A DNA stretch of 64,000 nt from an uncultured virus (IMG/VR IMGVR_UViG_3300027672_001707) (IMGVR_UViG_3300027672_001707), one strand, 5' to 3'; counted from the stretch's first letter, positions 38,290-48,376 are shown. Notes: a model not told the origin generated them from the letters alone. Program-made: numbers and translations.

Positions 38290-39425
38290 GAATAGAATCA
38301 GATATCAAACTAGATTATGCTAGTGTATTAATGAGACCTAAACGTAGTACATTGGGTTCACGGAAAGAAGTAGATTTACACCGTAGGTTTACTTATCGTC
38401 ATTATAAGCCAAGCGAACCAGGATTAAATAGACGTTCAGAGCATGGCGACTTTAAAGGCATACCACTTATGGCTTCAAACATGGACGGTGTTGGCACACT
38501 TGCTATGGCTGATAAGTTAGCAAAACAAAGAATTTTTACCTGTCTAGTTAAAACTTACACAGTTACAGAACTAGTAAGTTACTTTGACGTAGAAGGTAAC
38601 GAACGTAGTAATAATGTAGCAATGAGCATAGGAATTTTAGACCACGACCAACAAAAGTTTCGTGATGTATACGAGCAAACAGGTAACAAATTAAAATATG
38701 TTTGTATTGATGTAGCAAACGGGTATAGTGAACGCTTTTTAGACTTTATTAGTGCGTTTAGGAAAAGTTATCCAGAAATTGTTATTATTGCCGGTAACGT
38801 AGTTACGGCAGACCAAACACAGGAATTGATATTAAATGGAGCCGATATTGTTAAAGTTGGTATTGGTCCTGGCAGTGTTTGTACTACTAGACTTAAAACT
38901 GGTGTTGGATATCCTCAACTTTCAGCAGTTATGGAATGTGCTGATGCGGCCCACGGATTAGGTGGACATATCATTGCTGATGGTGGCTGTACTTGCCCGG
39001 GTGATGTTGCTAAGGCTTTTGCCGGAGGAGCAGATTTTGTTATGCTTGGCGGTATGTTAGCAGGACATAATGAAGGCGGTGGCGAAGTAATTACTAAAAA
39101 ATATATGACTAATGAAATGTCAACTGGTACAACTAGAAAGATAGAAGAAAAGAAGTTTGTGCAATTCTACGGTATGAGTTCTAAAACAGCCAACGAAAAA
39201 CACTTTAGTGGCTTAAAAGACTACCGTAGTAGCGAAGGACGTACTGCACTAGTACCTTATCGCGGAGATGTAGACATAACTATTCAAGACATTCTAGGAG
39301 GCATCAGAAGTGCCTGCACTTACGTTGGAGCAAATAAGTTAAAGCGACTTTCGAAGTGTGCTACATTTATTCAAGTAGCAAATCAATTAAATACAGTCTA
39401 TGAAAATTCAACTATAGGCGAGTAA
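38286..39425 (+). CDS. guaC: GMP reductase
   Basis: PKRSTL.SR, ASNMD, DVANGY, GIGPGSVCTTR, FYGMSS, YRSSEG. Confidence 0.92.
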   Translation: MRIESDIKLDYASVLMRPKRSTLGSRKEVDLHRRFTYRHYKPSEPGLNRRSEHGDFKGIPLMASNMDGVGTLAMADKLAKQRIFTCLVKTYTVTELVSYFDVEGNERSNNVAMSIGILDHDQQKFRDVYEQTGNKLKYVCIDVANGYSERFLDFISAFRKSYPEIVIIAGNVVTADQTQELILNGADIVKVGIGPGSVCTTRLKTGVGYPQLSAVMECADAAHGLGGHIIADGGCTCPGDVAKAFAGGADFVMLGGMLAGHNEGGGEVITKKYMTNEMSTGTTRKIEEKKFVQFYGMSSKTANEKHFSGLKDYRSSEGRTALVPYRGDVDITIQDILGGIRSACTYVGANKLKRLSKCATFIQVANQLNTVYENSTIGE

Positions 39426-39501
39426 TCCATTATAACAAAAATGCATAACGAGTATGCAATCCTAATAGGGCAGTAATCCTGACCTATTGTATAAATAACA
39501 T

Positions 39502-39675
39502 TGAATAAAAAAATCACAAACATTCGTTTGTTTTTATTCAAGAGCGACCTCGGCTCAGAAAAAAAGAGTGGCACTAGGAAAGACTAGAGCATTGGCTATG
39601 CTTTAAAAAGACTGACGGGAACCAAAGGTTCACGCACCGCCGGGGAAGTTCCGGGGTATTGCTTTCCTCAAGCAT
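39502..39675 (+). ncRNA. candidate structured RNA/leader (array of about 7 hairpins)
   Basis: Consecutive short stems read by eye downstream of TATAAATA (39490); family not recognised. Confidence 0.45.
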
Positions 39676-39706
39676 CATATATATTTTATACTTAGGAGAT
39701 TGACAA

Positions 39707-39907
39707 ATGGCACAAATGCTATATACGTCCATCTTGAGTTGGCTTGACGTCCGATTCACCCCTACACGTGGTGCGAAAGACGATCAGTTACTCTTATGGG
39801 CAAAGACAGAATACGGAAACGACTGGAGATATGCTTACGAAGTTATGCAACAGACAGGTAATGGTCCCAGATACAAACATAAATTTGAAACAGGGATCAC
39901 ACAATAA
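39707..39907 (+). CDS. small hypothetical protein
   Basis: AGGAG SD; WAKTEYGNDW motif. Confidence 0.7.
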   Translation: MAQMLYTSILSWLDVRFTPTRGAKDDQLLLWAKTEYGNDWRYAYEVMQQTGNGPRYKHKFETGITQ

Positions 39908-39908
39908 C

Positions 39909-40091
39909 ATGAATACATTATCAGTATATTACTGTTCGTTTTGCGAAGCAGTAAGAAAGTTTTTATCAGCAATAATACATCTAGGCGAAAATGCAGGTAC
40001 TATTAGAGCCGCGTCACAACTATCACAAATGGGATATCATAAAGAAGCAAAAGCACTTATGATGGCACTAAAGAATAAGGAATTAAAATAA
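39909..40091 (+). CDS. small hypothetical protein
   Basis: ATG at 39909 right after the previous stop; RAASQLSQMGYHKEAK. Confidence 0.65.
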   Translation: MNTLSVYYCSFCEAVRKFLSAIIHLGENAGTIRAASQLSQMGYHKEAKALMMALKNKELK

Positions 40092-40309
40092 TGTCTACTA
40101 TAACACTAAATGTTTGTGCAATTTGCAACACAATTAAAGAGTATGTTTTAGGAATACAAGATGCTTACAAAAAGCGCCGAGCAAACGCAACAACTTTAAG
40201 AACTCTTTCTAGGTTATCAGATGCAGAATTACATGACATAGGTATTTGTCGTGGAGACATTCCTTATGTTTCTAAAGGCGGTAAAATTTATCGTGGAGAA
40301 CATAACTAA
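40091..40309 (+). CDS. DUF1127 family small protein
   Basis: RR...T.R.L.RLSD.EL.DIGI.R.DI signature. Confidence 0.85.
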   Translation: MSTITLNVCAICNTIKEYVLGIQDAYKKRRANATTLRTLSRLSDAELHDIGICRGDIPYVSKGGKIYRGEHN

Positions 40310-40360
40310 ATGTGGCCCTACACAGAAGAAGAATCAGATTGGTTATCTGGTAAAAGATAA
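40310..40360 (+). CDS. putative 16-aa peptide MWPYTEEESDWLSGKR
   Basis: ATG directly after the DUF1127 stop; GGAG upstream. Confidence 0.35.
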   Translation: MWPYTEEESDWLSGKR

Positions 40361-40408
40361 CAGAACCACTTAGAAACGCCTTTGTTTATGCGGTATATAA
40401 ATACTAGT

Positions 40409-40660
40409 ATGAACAAGGGCGTTTTCACAAATGAACAGACAGTACTGTTCGAAATGATGGACGACATATGGGGAGCACCAGGCTCTGCTATTGAATCCCT
40501 TGACACTACCCTCCCAGACAAACTTAAACAAATTGAAACCAGTGAGATAACTGAGGCGTTAACAATGCACAAGTCAGTTGCCGCCGCGAGTAGATATTTG
40601 GGTGTGGGAAGAACACGTCTCATTGCTAGAATGAAAGTTTTAGAAATAAAAGGACGGTAG
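40409..40660 (+). CDS. Fis/NtrC-type HTH protein
   Basis: IE...I.EAL......AAA..LGVGRT.L..RMK; TATAAATA ends 5 nt before the ATG. Confidence 0.75.
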   Translation: MNKGVFTNEQTVLFEMMDDIWGAPGSAIESLDTTLPDKLKQIETSEITEALTMHKSVAAASRYLGVGRTRLIARMKVLEIKGR

Positions 40661-40805
40661 TAAAGGGCTATAAACTACCGTCCAGTATAATAACGTCTTA
40701 CTATACCTTAGTATTTATGTAGGTGTAAAAATATTTACGATTTCCTTAATAATGTCGGTTTATTTAATCGAATAAATTATAAATACTAATGGAGATCGTA
40801 TTATT

Positions 40806-41255
40806 ATGAAATTTTTTATCACTATAGCCTTGACTATGTTCGTTATGACGCCTGCATACGCCAGCGACTTAACACATGAATTTAAAAATCCTTCCTTTAG
40901 TGGAAAAGGTTATAGTACACACGTCTTAAGTATAGAGCAACTCCAATTCCAACGTGCGGCTGAAATAAAGAAAGCCAAAGAAGCGGCTGAAAGACAAGCA
41001 GTTAGAGATGCCGCCCAAGAAACTCTTTCAAAATTCTTAGCAAACGTTGAATCAAGAATTTACGCAAACTTATCCAAAAATTTAGTTGATAGTATGTTTT
41101 CTGACACTGGTGCCAATAGTGGTACTGCAACTGTCGAAGGTGCAACTATATACTGGATTAAAGATACATCTTCGAGTACAATTACTGTACAGATAACTGA
41201 AGCCGATGGTTCATTTAGTGAACTAGTGGTGCCATTAAGTGGCTTCGGGTTTTAA
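40806..41255 (+). CDS. csgF: curli assembly protein CsgF-like
   Basis: Signal peptide and L..EFKNPSFSG motif; directly upstream of csgG. Confidence 0.8.
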   Translation: MKFFITIALTMFVMTPAYASDLTHEFKNPSFSGKGYSTHVLSIEQLQFQRAAEIKKAKEAAERQAVRDAAQETLSKFLANVESRIYANLSKNLVDSMFSDTGANSGTATVEGATIYWIKDTSSSTITVQITEADGSFSELVVPLSGFGF

Positions 41256-41258
41256 TGG

Positions 41259-42332
41259 ATGAGGATATTTGTAGCATTATCCATCATATTGTTACTAGGT
41301 GCTTGTGCAGGTAACCCTGTAAAGCAAGTCAGATACGACCCACCTGCTTCGATACCAATAGGGGTTAATGCACTTCTAAACTTACCACCAATCGACGGAC
41401 CTATTATTACCATAGCACTATACGGCTTTGGAGATAAAACAGGACAACGTAAACCTTCAACAAATTTTAGTCAATTAAGTACCGCAGTAACGCAAGGTGC
41501 AGAGAGTCATGTGATTCGTGCATTGCAACAAGCCGGAGGCGGTAAATGGTTTAAGGTATTAGAACGTGTTAGTTTAGACTCGTTGGTAAAAGAAAGACAA
41601 TTAATAAGAAGCACAAGAGAAAATTTTGAAGGTAAAGATGCACTAGCATTACAACCTATGTTATTTGCTGGACTATTATTAGATGGTGCTATTATAGGTT
41701 ACGATAGCAACATTGAAAGTGGCGGTGTAGGTGCAAGATACTTTGGTATTGGAGCATCAAAAGAATACAGAACAGATAGAGTATCTGTGGCAATGAGAAT
41801 TATTAGTGTATCAACTGGTGAAATACTACTGTCGGTTGCAGTTGATAAGACTATTGCAAGTTATAAAGATAGCTCAGATGTATTTAGATTTTTAGATTTA
41901 GGTACAAGAGCATTAGAAATTGAGATAGGTTCAGCAGTTAATGAACCTACCAATCAGGCAGTTAGACTTGCTATTGAGCAGGCTATTGTCGAGATCGTCA
42001 AAGAAGGCGAAATCAAGGGCTTGTGGAAGTTTAAGAAAACGACACAAAAAACTACGAAGTTAATCCATAAGTCCGGTGAAGTAATTAATACAGATGATAA
42101 AAATACGACTCTCCAAAGTTCTAAATTAAAATCTGTGCCTATTTCTAAACCGGACATTAACTCAATCCCAACTATGCACGAAAGTGAAATGCTAAAAGGA
42201 GCACCGGGAGATGACTTTAACGTTTGCAATGCAGGAGGCAACTGTTTTAAAAACACTGCTGATATGTATCTATGGGAAACGTTAACTAAACTAAAAGGGC
42301 AGAAACAGACGGAGAAAATAAATGACAAATAA
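41259..42332 (+). CDS. csgG: curli secretion lipoprotein CsgG
   Basis: Lipobox LGAC, F.DKTGQRKP, STAVTQGA, WFKVLER, KERQLIR, GGVGARYFGIG. Confidence 0.9.
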   Translation: MRIFVALSIILLLGACAGNPVKQVRYDPPASIPIGVNALLNLPPIDGPIITIALYGFGDKTGQRKPSTNFSQLSTAVTQGAESHVIRALQQAGGGKWFKVLERVSLDSLVKERQLIRSTRENFEGKDALALQPMLFAGLLLDGAIIGYDSNIESGGVGARYFGIGASKEYRTDRVSVAMRIISVSTGEILLSVAVDKTIASYKDSSDVFRFLDLGTRALEIEIGSAVNEPTNQAVRLAIEQAIVEIVKEGEIKGLWKFKKTTQKTTKLIHKSGEVINTDDKNTTLQSSKLKSVPISKPDINSIPTMHESEMLKGAPGDDFNVCNAGGNCFKNTADMYLWETLTKLKGQKQTEKINDK

Positions 42333-43014
42333 AATAGTTTATGTGCTCTTGTTTCTGGTTTGTTCTATAAGTTCGGTGTATGCTAATGATATCTATATTA
42401 CACAAAGTGGTAATAATTTAAACTTGGATATAACACAGGACGGACAGAACAACGTGGCAGGTAACAGCAGTACAGCGATATCCTTAACTGGTAACAGCAT
42501 GACATTTAATATTGATCAAGTTGGTAACAGTAACGTTGTGTCTACAGTTATTAACGGTACTACTTACACAGGTAATATAGATTTAACAGGTAACTCTAAC
42601 ACAGTTGCTTTAACTTGTGCAAGTTCTAATTGTGAAACAGTAAGTATGAGCATAGATGTAGTCGGCGATGACGCAACAGTAACAGTTGCTATTGGAGCCA
42701 GTGCATCATCGGCTAACTTTGTAGGAACAATAGATTTAGCAACTAGCAACGAAGATACTATCACACTAACAGTAAATGCCGCGAACGCAGATGCAGACAT
42801 CGATATGGATAATGATGCATTAGGCAGTTCAGTAGATAACACGGCGAACTATATAATGTCAGGCGCAGGAGATAGTGCAGGACATAGTTTAACACATAAT
42901 CATACAGGTGAAGGTACTACAGTGGACATTACACAAAGTGGAATTTATGACAACAAAATACAATTAACAACAGTTGGCACCAATTCTGACATAGACATTA
43001 CGCAGAGCGACTAA
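42322..43014 (+). CDS. curlin-like secreted repeat protein
   Basis: Signal peptide; I.Q.G.N and G.SN repeats. Confidence 0.7.
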   Translation: MTNKIVYVLLFLVCSISSVYANDIYITQSGNNLNLDITQDGQNNVAGNSSTAISLTGNSMTFNIDQVGNSNVVSTVINGTTYTGNIDLTGNSNTVALTCASSNCETVSMSIDVVGDDATVTVAIGASASSANFVGTIDLATSNEDTITLTVNAANADADIDMDNDALGSSVDNTANYIMSGAGDSAGHSLTHNHTGEGTTVDITQSGIYDNKIQLTTVGTNSDIDITQSD

Positions 43015-44105
43015 TGAAGTGGCTCTGTGTTATACTAATCTGCTTTCTTCCGACTAGTGGATTTGCCAGTATAGGTAAAATTACTAAATCGGACGGACCA
43101 AGTAAGATTTATAGAGAAGACACAACTGAACAAGGTGATGTGGATTCTGATATATTCTCTATGGACCGAATAGAAACATTTAAGCATAAACAAAATATAG
43201 AATTTATAGACGATACTAAATTAGAAATTACGCCACACAGTAATGTAATAATCGATGAATTTGTCTATGACCCTGCAAATGATATTGGATCACTATCTAT
43301 CAAAGCCAGTTTAGGCACAGTTAGGTATGCAAGTGGGCAAATAGGAAAAAAGTTTAAACAAAATGTAAAGATCAAAACACCTACGGCAGTCATTGGAGTA
43401 AGAGGCACTGACTTCACGATGACAGTAGATGAGATTGGAAGCAGTCTTATAATTTTACTACCGAGTTGCGATAGCAACGGCAACTGTTATGTAGGAGAAA
43501 TTGAAGTTGAAACAGATGCAGGATTTGTTATAATGAATCAAGCATTTCAAACAACAGTAGTTACAACATTTGAATCTAAACCTTTAAAACCTATTATACT
43601 GGATTTAGATGCTAATATGATTAACAACTTGTTAATCGTACAAAAGCCCAAGGATTTACAAGAAGCAATAGAACTAGCAGAGCAACTATCAGATGTATCA
43701 AGTGCATTAGATATTGACTTTTTAGAATTTAACGATTTAGATGAAGATTTATTAGAAGAATCAAATGAGGAACTTGCAAACGAATTAGACATTGACTTCT
43801 TATTACAAGATTTTTTACAAGACTTACTAGTCGTATTAAATGCAGAATTAAGCAAAAAACTTAAACAAGCATTTGATCCTAGGAATGGTTTTAAAATTGG
43901 ATTCGACGAAACAACAGGAATAACATTTACAAACGATCCTAGTTACCTTATTATTAAAGAAGATAGTGCAGGTAATTTTATGGAACTACGATTAGATAGA
44001 GATTACAGTTATAACATAACATTAAAGCAGAATTTTGTTGGTGTAGATAATGTACAGTTAGGAGATGCCGGTGTTAATCAGATCACTATTAATCAGTCTA
44101 ATTAG
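43014..44105 (+). CDS. FecR-domain protein
   Basis: Signal peptide; IKTPTAVIGVRGTDF FecR motif; acidic linker. Confidence 0.8.
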   Translation: MKWLCVILICFLPTSGFASIGKITKSDGPSKIYREDTTEQGDVDSDIFSMDRIETFKHKQNIEFIDDTKLEITPHSNVIIDEFVYDPANDIGSLSIKASLGTVRYASGQIGKKFKQNVKIKTPTAVIGVRGTDFTMTVDEIGSSLIILLPSCDSNGNCYVGEIEVETDAGFVIMNQAFQTTVVTTFESKPLKPIILDLDANMINNLLIVQKPKDLQEAIELAEQLSDVSSALDIDFLEFNDLDEDLLEESNEELANELDIDFLLQDFLQDLLVVLNAELSKKLKQAFDPRNGFKIGFDETTGITFTNDPSYLIIKEDSAGNFMELRLDRDYSYNITLKQNFVGVDNVQLGDAGVNQITINQSN

Positions 44106-45519
44106 TTTATTATTAGTATTACCTATACAAGCATTTGCCGAAACAGCTCATATAAACTATACTGATACCAATATGTACAATAAAGTAAAAGGTGAGTTAG
44201 AGGGTCATGGGTTTACAGTTACAGGCACAAATAGTGGTTCAGTTACTTTAAGTGATTTTACTGGTAAAGATTTACACATTAACATAGCAGGTAATAACAG
44301 TTGTGGTGGTACCTGTAAGACAGCATATGAAACTTACATTAGTGCAGGTGGCACAGTTTTAATTGCTGGTAATGGTGACCATGATGGCGCTAGAACGCTG
44401 AGCATTGAATCGCTTGTTGAAAGTAAATTAAGTGTAGGTGCTATCTCAATATACAATGGTGAGGCAAACTATACTTCTCACGCTAATGGTTCTCAATATA
44501 CCGTTTCAAATTCATGGGTAACAAGAAATCTTTTTTCAATGCAATCGGGTGGTACGGCGATAGCGTCAAATACAGCATCAGGCCTTAGTGGCTGGAAATC
44601 TTGGGCAGTATATGGTTATGGTAGTAATGGTGGTAAATTAATTATCACTTTAGACCAGGCACAATTTAATAATGCTAACACAACTCGTTCAGCAAGAATG
44701 TATGTCTTTTTAGGAGAAACACTTGAAGAGGAAGGCGTATTCAGTCCAGCATCATATACTTCAGAACCTACAACTGCACAAACTAATTTAAGATCAACTA
44801 CAAGAGGAATAACACACAGTGGCAACGGAATTTATATTACACAAAGTGGTAATAATGCAAACATAGACATTATACAATACGACAATGATAATTTAGTTGC
44901 AGGTTTAGGAACAACTTCCAGCAGTATCGACAACGCAGAAATAACTGGCGACAATAATACACTATCAATTACACAGGGTAATAACTCAGGATCATTTAGT
45001 GATGGCAATACTGTTTTGCTAGATATTAACGGAAATAGTAACACTATGACAATACGACAAGGTGACAATATCGATGATGATGGTGACCATGATTTAAGAT
45101 TAAATGTAGTTGGTAATAGTAATACAGGAACTTTCACTCAAGAAGAAGACGGAGCCGTTGGTAACTTGGGTCATTTTATGGATGTCGACATTGCAGGAAA
45201 TAGTAACAATATAAATTTACAACAAAATGACGATGGCGATAAAATGATGTTTGTGGATATTAACGGAAGTTCTAACACATTAGATTTAGACCAAGCCGGA
45301 ACAGGAACACACTTTCAAGACATTACAGTTGGAAGTAACCAAACTGTTTCAGTTGACCAAGATGGATCAGGCGACCATGCCGCAACAATTAATATGTCTG
45401 GGTATTCAAGTACATTGGATTTACACCAAGATGGTAGTTCAGATAAGACATATAGTTTAACACAAAGTTGCACTAATGCCGCTGGTTGTGGAACAACGAC
45501 CTTTACACAATCAGATTAG
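44065..45519 (+). CDS. curlin-repeat protein with N-terminal globular domain
   Basis: Signal peptide, ~200-aa alpha/beta domain, then many I.Q.G.N / GNSN repeats. Confidence 0.7.
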   Translation: MPVLIRSLLISLISLLLVLPIQAFAETAHINYTDTNMYNKVKGELEGHGFTVTGTNSGSVTLSDFTGKDLHINIAGNNSCGGTCKTAYETYISAGGTVLIAGNGDHDGARTLSIESLVESKLSVGAISIYNGEANYTSHANGSQYTVSNSWVTRNLFSMQSGGTAIASNTASGLSGWKSWAVYGYGSNGGKLIITLDQAQFNNANTTRSARMYVFLGETLEEEGVFSPASYTSEPTTAQTNLRSTTRGITHSGNGIYITQSGNNANIDIIQYDNDNLVAGLGTTSSSIDNAEITGDNNTLSITQGNNSGSFSDGNTVLLDINGNSNTMTIRQGDNIDDDGDHDLRLNVVGNSNTGTFTQEEDGAVGNLGHFMDVDIAGNSNNINLQQNDDGDKMMFVDINGSSNTLDLDQAGTGTHFQDITVGSNQTVSVDQDGSGDHAATINMSGYSSTLDLHQDGSSDKTYSLTQSCTNAAGCGTTTFTQSD

Positions 45520-45550
45520 CACCCCAAATTTCCTTTAAATAAATACTAGT

Positions 45551-47584
45551 ATGAAAAAATATTTAACGCATTGGTTAACTGCCTTTGTAACATTGGCAGT
45601 TCTAACCTTCTTCCATTACGGCAATAGTAGTATAGTTGAAATATTGAGACTTAAACAGTTTGATTTACTACAACAAACCGATACTCCGGTTGTATCCAAC
45701 GACATTGGTATTGTAACAATAGATGAAGCATCTATTGAAAAATACGGACAGTGGCCCTGGAAACGTGATGTTCTAGCAGAACTTATTTGGAAGTTGCGTG
45801 AAGCAGGAGCAGGTGTAATTGTAATACCTATACTGTTTAGTGAAGATGATAGATTAGGCGGTGACCAAGCATTTGTTGAATCGATAGCCGGCAATGGGAT
45901 TGTTATTGCACAAGTAGGAAGTTTAAAAGTAAATAAAAATGCGGTAACAAGAGGAGTTGCAACAATAGGTGATGCAGTACCTTATTTGTTCGAATGGCCC
46001 GGTATGTTAGGACCTATTCCGTTACTAGGCTTAAATGCAGACGGCGTTGGTGTTCTAAATACACCTAATGAGATAGATGGTGTTGTAAGACGTGTTCCTT
46101 TAATTATGAGAGTAGGCACTAACACATACCCATCAATAGCAATCGAAGTTATTAGAGTTAGTACAGGTAAACCAAGTTATCAAATTAAAGCAAACCAAGG
46201 CGGAATAGATAAAATTCGTGTTCCGGGATATCCAATTATTAGTACAGATCCCAATGGACAAATATGGTTACGTTGGAATAAAGAGTTTGAAACAATTAGT
46301 GCAAGTAGTGACGACTTTTCTTTATTCGCAGGCAAAACAGTTATTATAGGTTCGACAGCAGAAGGCATCGGTGGAGTAATTGCTACACCTACTGGTCCTA
46401 AATATAATTATATACCTTCGGCAGTAACACTACAAACAGTTATCGACGGAGACCAGATACAACGCCCGTATTGGGCCGTGCTAGTTGAATTACTAACTTC
46501 TGTTACGTTAGGTCTCCTTATTATTTTAATAAGTGTTAGATTACCATATTATATTGTTGGACTTACGATATTAAGTGTTAGTGCAGGATTAGTATATGGT
46601 TCATTGTATGCATGGCAACACTATTTGTATTTGCTCGATGTAACAATGCCATTAATAGTATTTGTACTTACAGGCTTTCATGCAGTGTTTAATAGATTTG
46701 TAAAAGAGTTTAGTTTAAAACAACAAATTAAAAAACAGTTTGAGCACTATCTAGCACCTGCTATGGTTAAGAAATTACAACAAAATCCAGAACTATTAAA
46801 GTTAGGTGGCGATACAAGAGAGTTAACTTTATTGTTTAGTGACATTAGAGGATTTACTCCTATTAGTGAACAATACAAAACAAATCCACAAGGGTTAACT
46901 TCTTTAATTAATAGGTACATGACACCTATGACAGATATTGTTATGAAAAACGAAGGCACAGTAGACAAGTATATTGGTGATGCACTTATGGCATTTTGGA
47001 ACGCACCTTTAGATGTTCCTAAACAACGTGAATTAGCAATTAAAACTGCTGATGAGATGTTTGTTGCATTAAGAAAACTTAATAAAGAATTAGAATCCGA
47101 AGGATTAATGCCTATTAAAATTGGTGTTGGTATTAACACAGGTAGTGCTGTGGTAGGTAATATGGGGTCTAATCAACGTTTTGACTACTCAGTTTTGGGT
47201 GATTGTGTTAATTTAGCGGCAAGACTAGAGGGGCAAAGTAAAGAGTACGGTTTAACATTGTTAGTTGGTGAAAGTTCAGTATCCGACGAATACACATTCA
47301 TAGAACTAGATAAAATAGCAGTTAAGGGCAAGACAGTACCGGCTACCATTTATACTGCTTTGTTTAGTGAGTGTGCAGTTAATTACGTCAAGGAACATGA
47401 TAAATATTTGCAGTTATATAGAGATTCCAAGTGGGATCTAGCGATTAATCAAATTTCCAAATTACAAAGTGTATGCCCTGAAGAGCTTCATAATTACTAT
47501 GAAGTAATGTCTGAACGGGCCCATGAGCTAAAAAGAAAAGGTACAAAACAATGGGACGGAGTATTCATCGCAACAAGCAAATAA
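45551..47584 (+). CDS. CHASE2-domain class III adenylate/guanylate cyclase
   Basis: IDE.SI..YGQWPW.R, DGVVRRVPL, 3 TM helices, LFSDIRGFT, DKYIGDALMA, GD.VNLAARLE, VKGK. Confidence 0.92.
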   Translation: MKKYLTHWLTAFVTLAVLTFFHYGNSSIVEILRLKQFDLLQQTDTPVVSNDIGIVTIDEASIEKYGQWPWKRDVLAELIWKLREAGAGVIVIPILFSEDDRLGGDQAFVESIAGNGIVIAQVGSLKVNKNAVTRGVATIGDAVPYLFEWPGMLGPIPLLGLNADGVGVLNTPNEIDGVVRRVPLIMRVGTNTYPSIAIEVIRVSTGKPSYQIKANQGGIDKIRVPGYPIISTDPNGQIWLRWNKEFETISASSDDFSLFAGKTVIIGSTAEGIGGVIATPTGPKYNYIPSAVTLQTVIDGDQIQRPYWAVLVELLTSVTLGLLIILISVRLPYYIVGLTILSVSAGLVYGSLYAWQHYLYLLDVTMPLIVFVLTGFHAVFNRFVKEFSLKQQIKKQFEHYLAPAMVKKLQQNPELLKLGGDTRELTLLFSDIRGFTPISEQYKTNPQGLTSLINRYMTPMTDIVMKNEGTVDKYIGDALMAFWNAPLDVPKQRELAIKTADEMFVALRKLNKELESEGLMPIKIGVGINTGSAVVGNMGSNQRFDYSVLGDCVNLAARLEGQSKEYGLTLLVGESSVSDEYTFIELDKIAVKGKTVPATIYTALFSECAVNYVKEHDKYLQLYRDSKWDLAINQISKLQSVCPEELHNYYEVMSERAHELKRKGTKQWDGVFIATSK

Positions 47585-47730
47585 AAGATTCGTTGAGTCT
47601 GGGTTCTGCACGAAAAGATAAACCAAAGACTAAGCCACCTTTAAGAGATTATATGCAACTGCGAATAGCAACACAAATGAGAGCAGATGCCGCCTACGCA
47701 AAAAGTAAAGCAAACGGCGAACAAGAATAA
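47551..47730 (+). CDS. small hypothetical protein (59 aa)
   Basis: ORF overlapping the cyclase end; fills an otherwise empty gap. Confidence 0.4.
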   Translation: MGRSIHRNKQIKDSLSLGSARKDKPKTKPPLRDYMQLRIATQMRADAAYAKSKANGEQE

Positions 47731-47749
47731 AAGAAAAGACAATCGACAA

Positions 47750-48376
47750 ATGTTAAGTTTTAACAAAGAATGTAAAAATCCAATTGAATTAAGAACAGAT
47801 AGTAAGTTACCTTATTTAATGTTCGATGTCAATATGCCTGTAGAAAATATTTTACAAGAAATATCACAAGCACAAGATAACTTTTATAATCACAGAGAAG
47901 ACCAATCAAAAGGTTGGTCATCATTAGTTATGCACGGGCAAGGTGATGAATTCACTAATGCTCCAATGTTTTATGATATACAAGAAGAAGATGCAGTCTT
48001 TGATTGGACTAACGCAAGTAACAGTATACCTTCACTTAAACAATGGTTGTTAGAACAAAATTATTTTATAGACTTTGATAGAATTAGAATTATGTCTGTA
48101 GCACCCGGTGGTTATATTGAATCACATAGAGATTATGATAAAAGTAGATTAGGTCCTATCAACATTGCAATTAACAATCCAGAAGGATGTGAATTTGTTA
48201 TGGAGGATGTCGGAGTTGTACCATTTAAACAAAATAAAGGTGCATGGTTAGATTTAAGTAACAAGCACAGTGTTCGTAATAATAGCAATGAACATAGATA
48301 TCATATTATTTTACATGGTGGCAAAACTACAGAGTTTAAGAAACAGGCTTATGAAAACTACAGGAAGTTGATATGA
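47750..48376 (+). CDS. Asp/Asn beta-hydroxylase-like 2OG-Fe(II) oxygenase
   Basis: RIRIM...PGG.I..HRD and HSV.N....RYHII. Confidence 0.75.
   Translation: MLSFNKECKNPIELRTDSKLPYLMFDVNMPVENILQEISQAQDNFYNHREDQSKGWSSLVMHGQGDEFTNAPMFYDIQEEDAVFDWTNASNSIPSLKQWLLEQNYFIDFDRIRIMSVAPGGYIESHRDYDKSRLGPINIAINNPEGCEFVMEDVGVVPFKQNKGAWLDLSNKHSVRNNSNEHRYHIILHGGKTTEFKKQAYENYRKLI

Noticed and set aside
39541..39675. Cobalamin, c-di-GMP or glycine riboswitch call
   Set aside because: Consensus cores could not be matched by eye; kept only as an unknown structured RNA.
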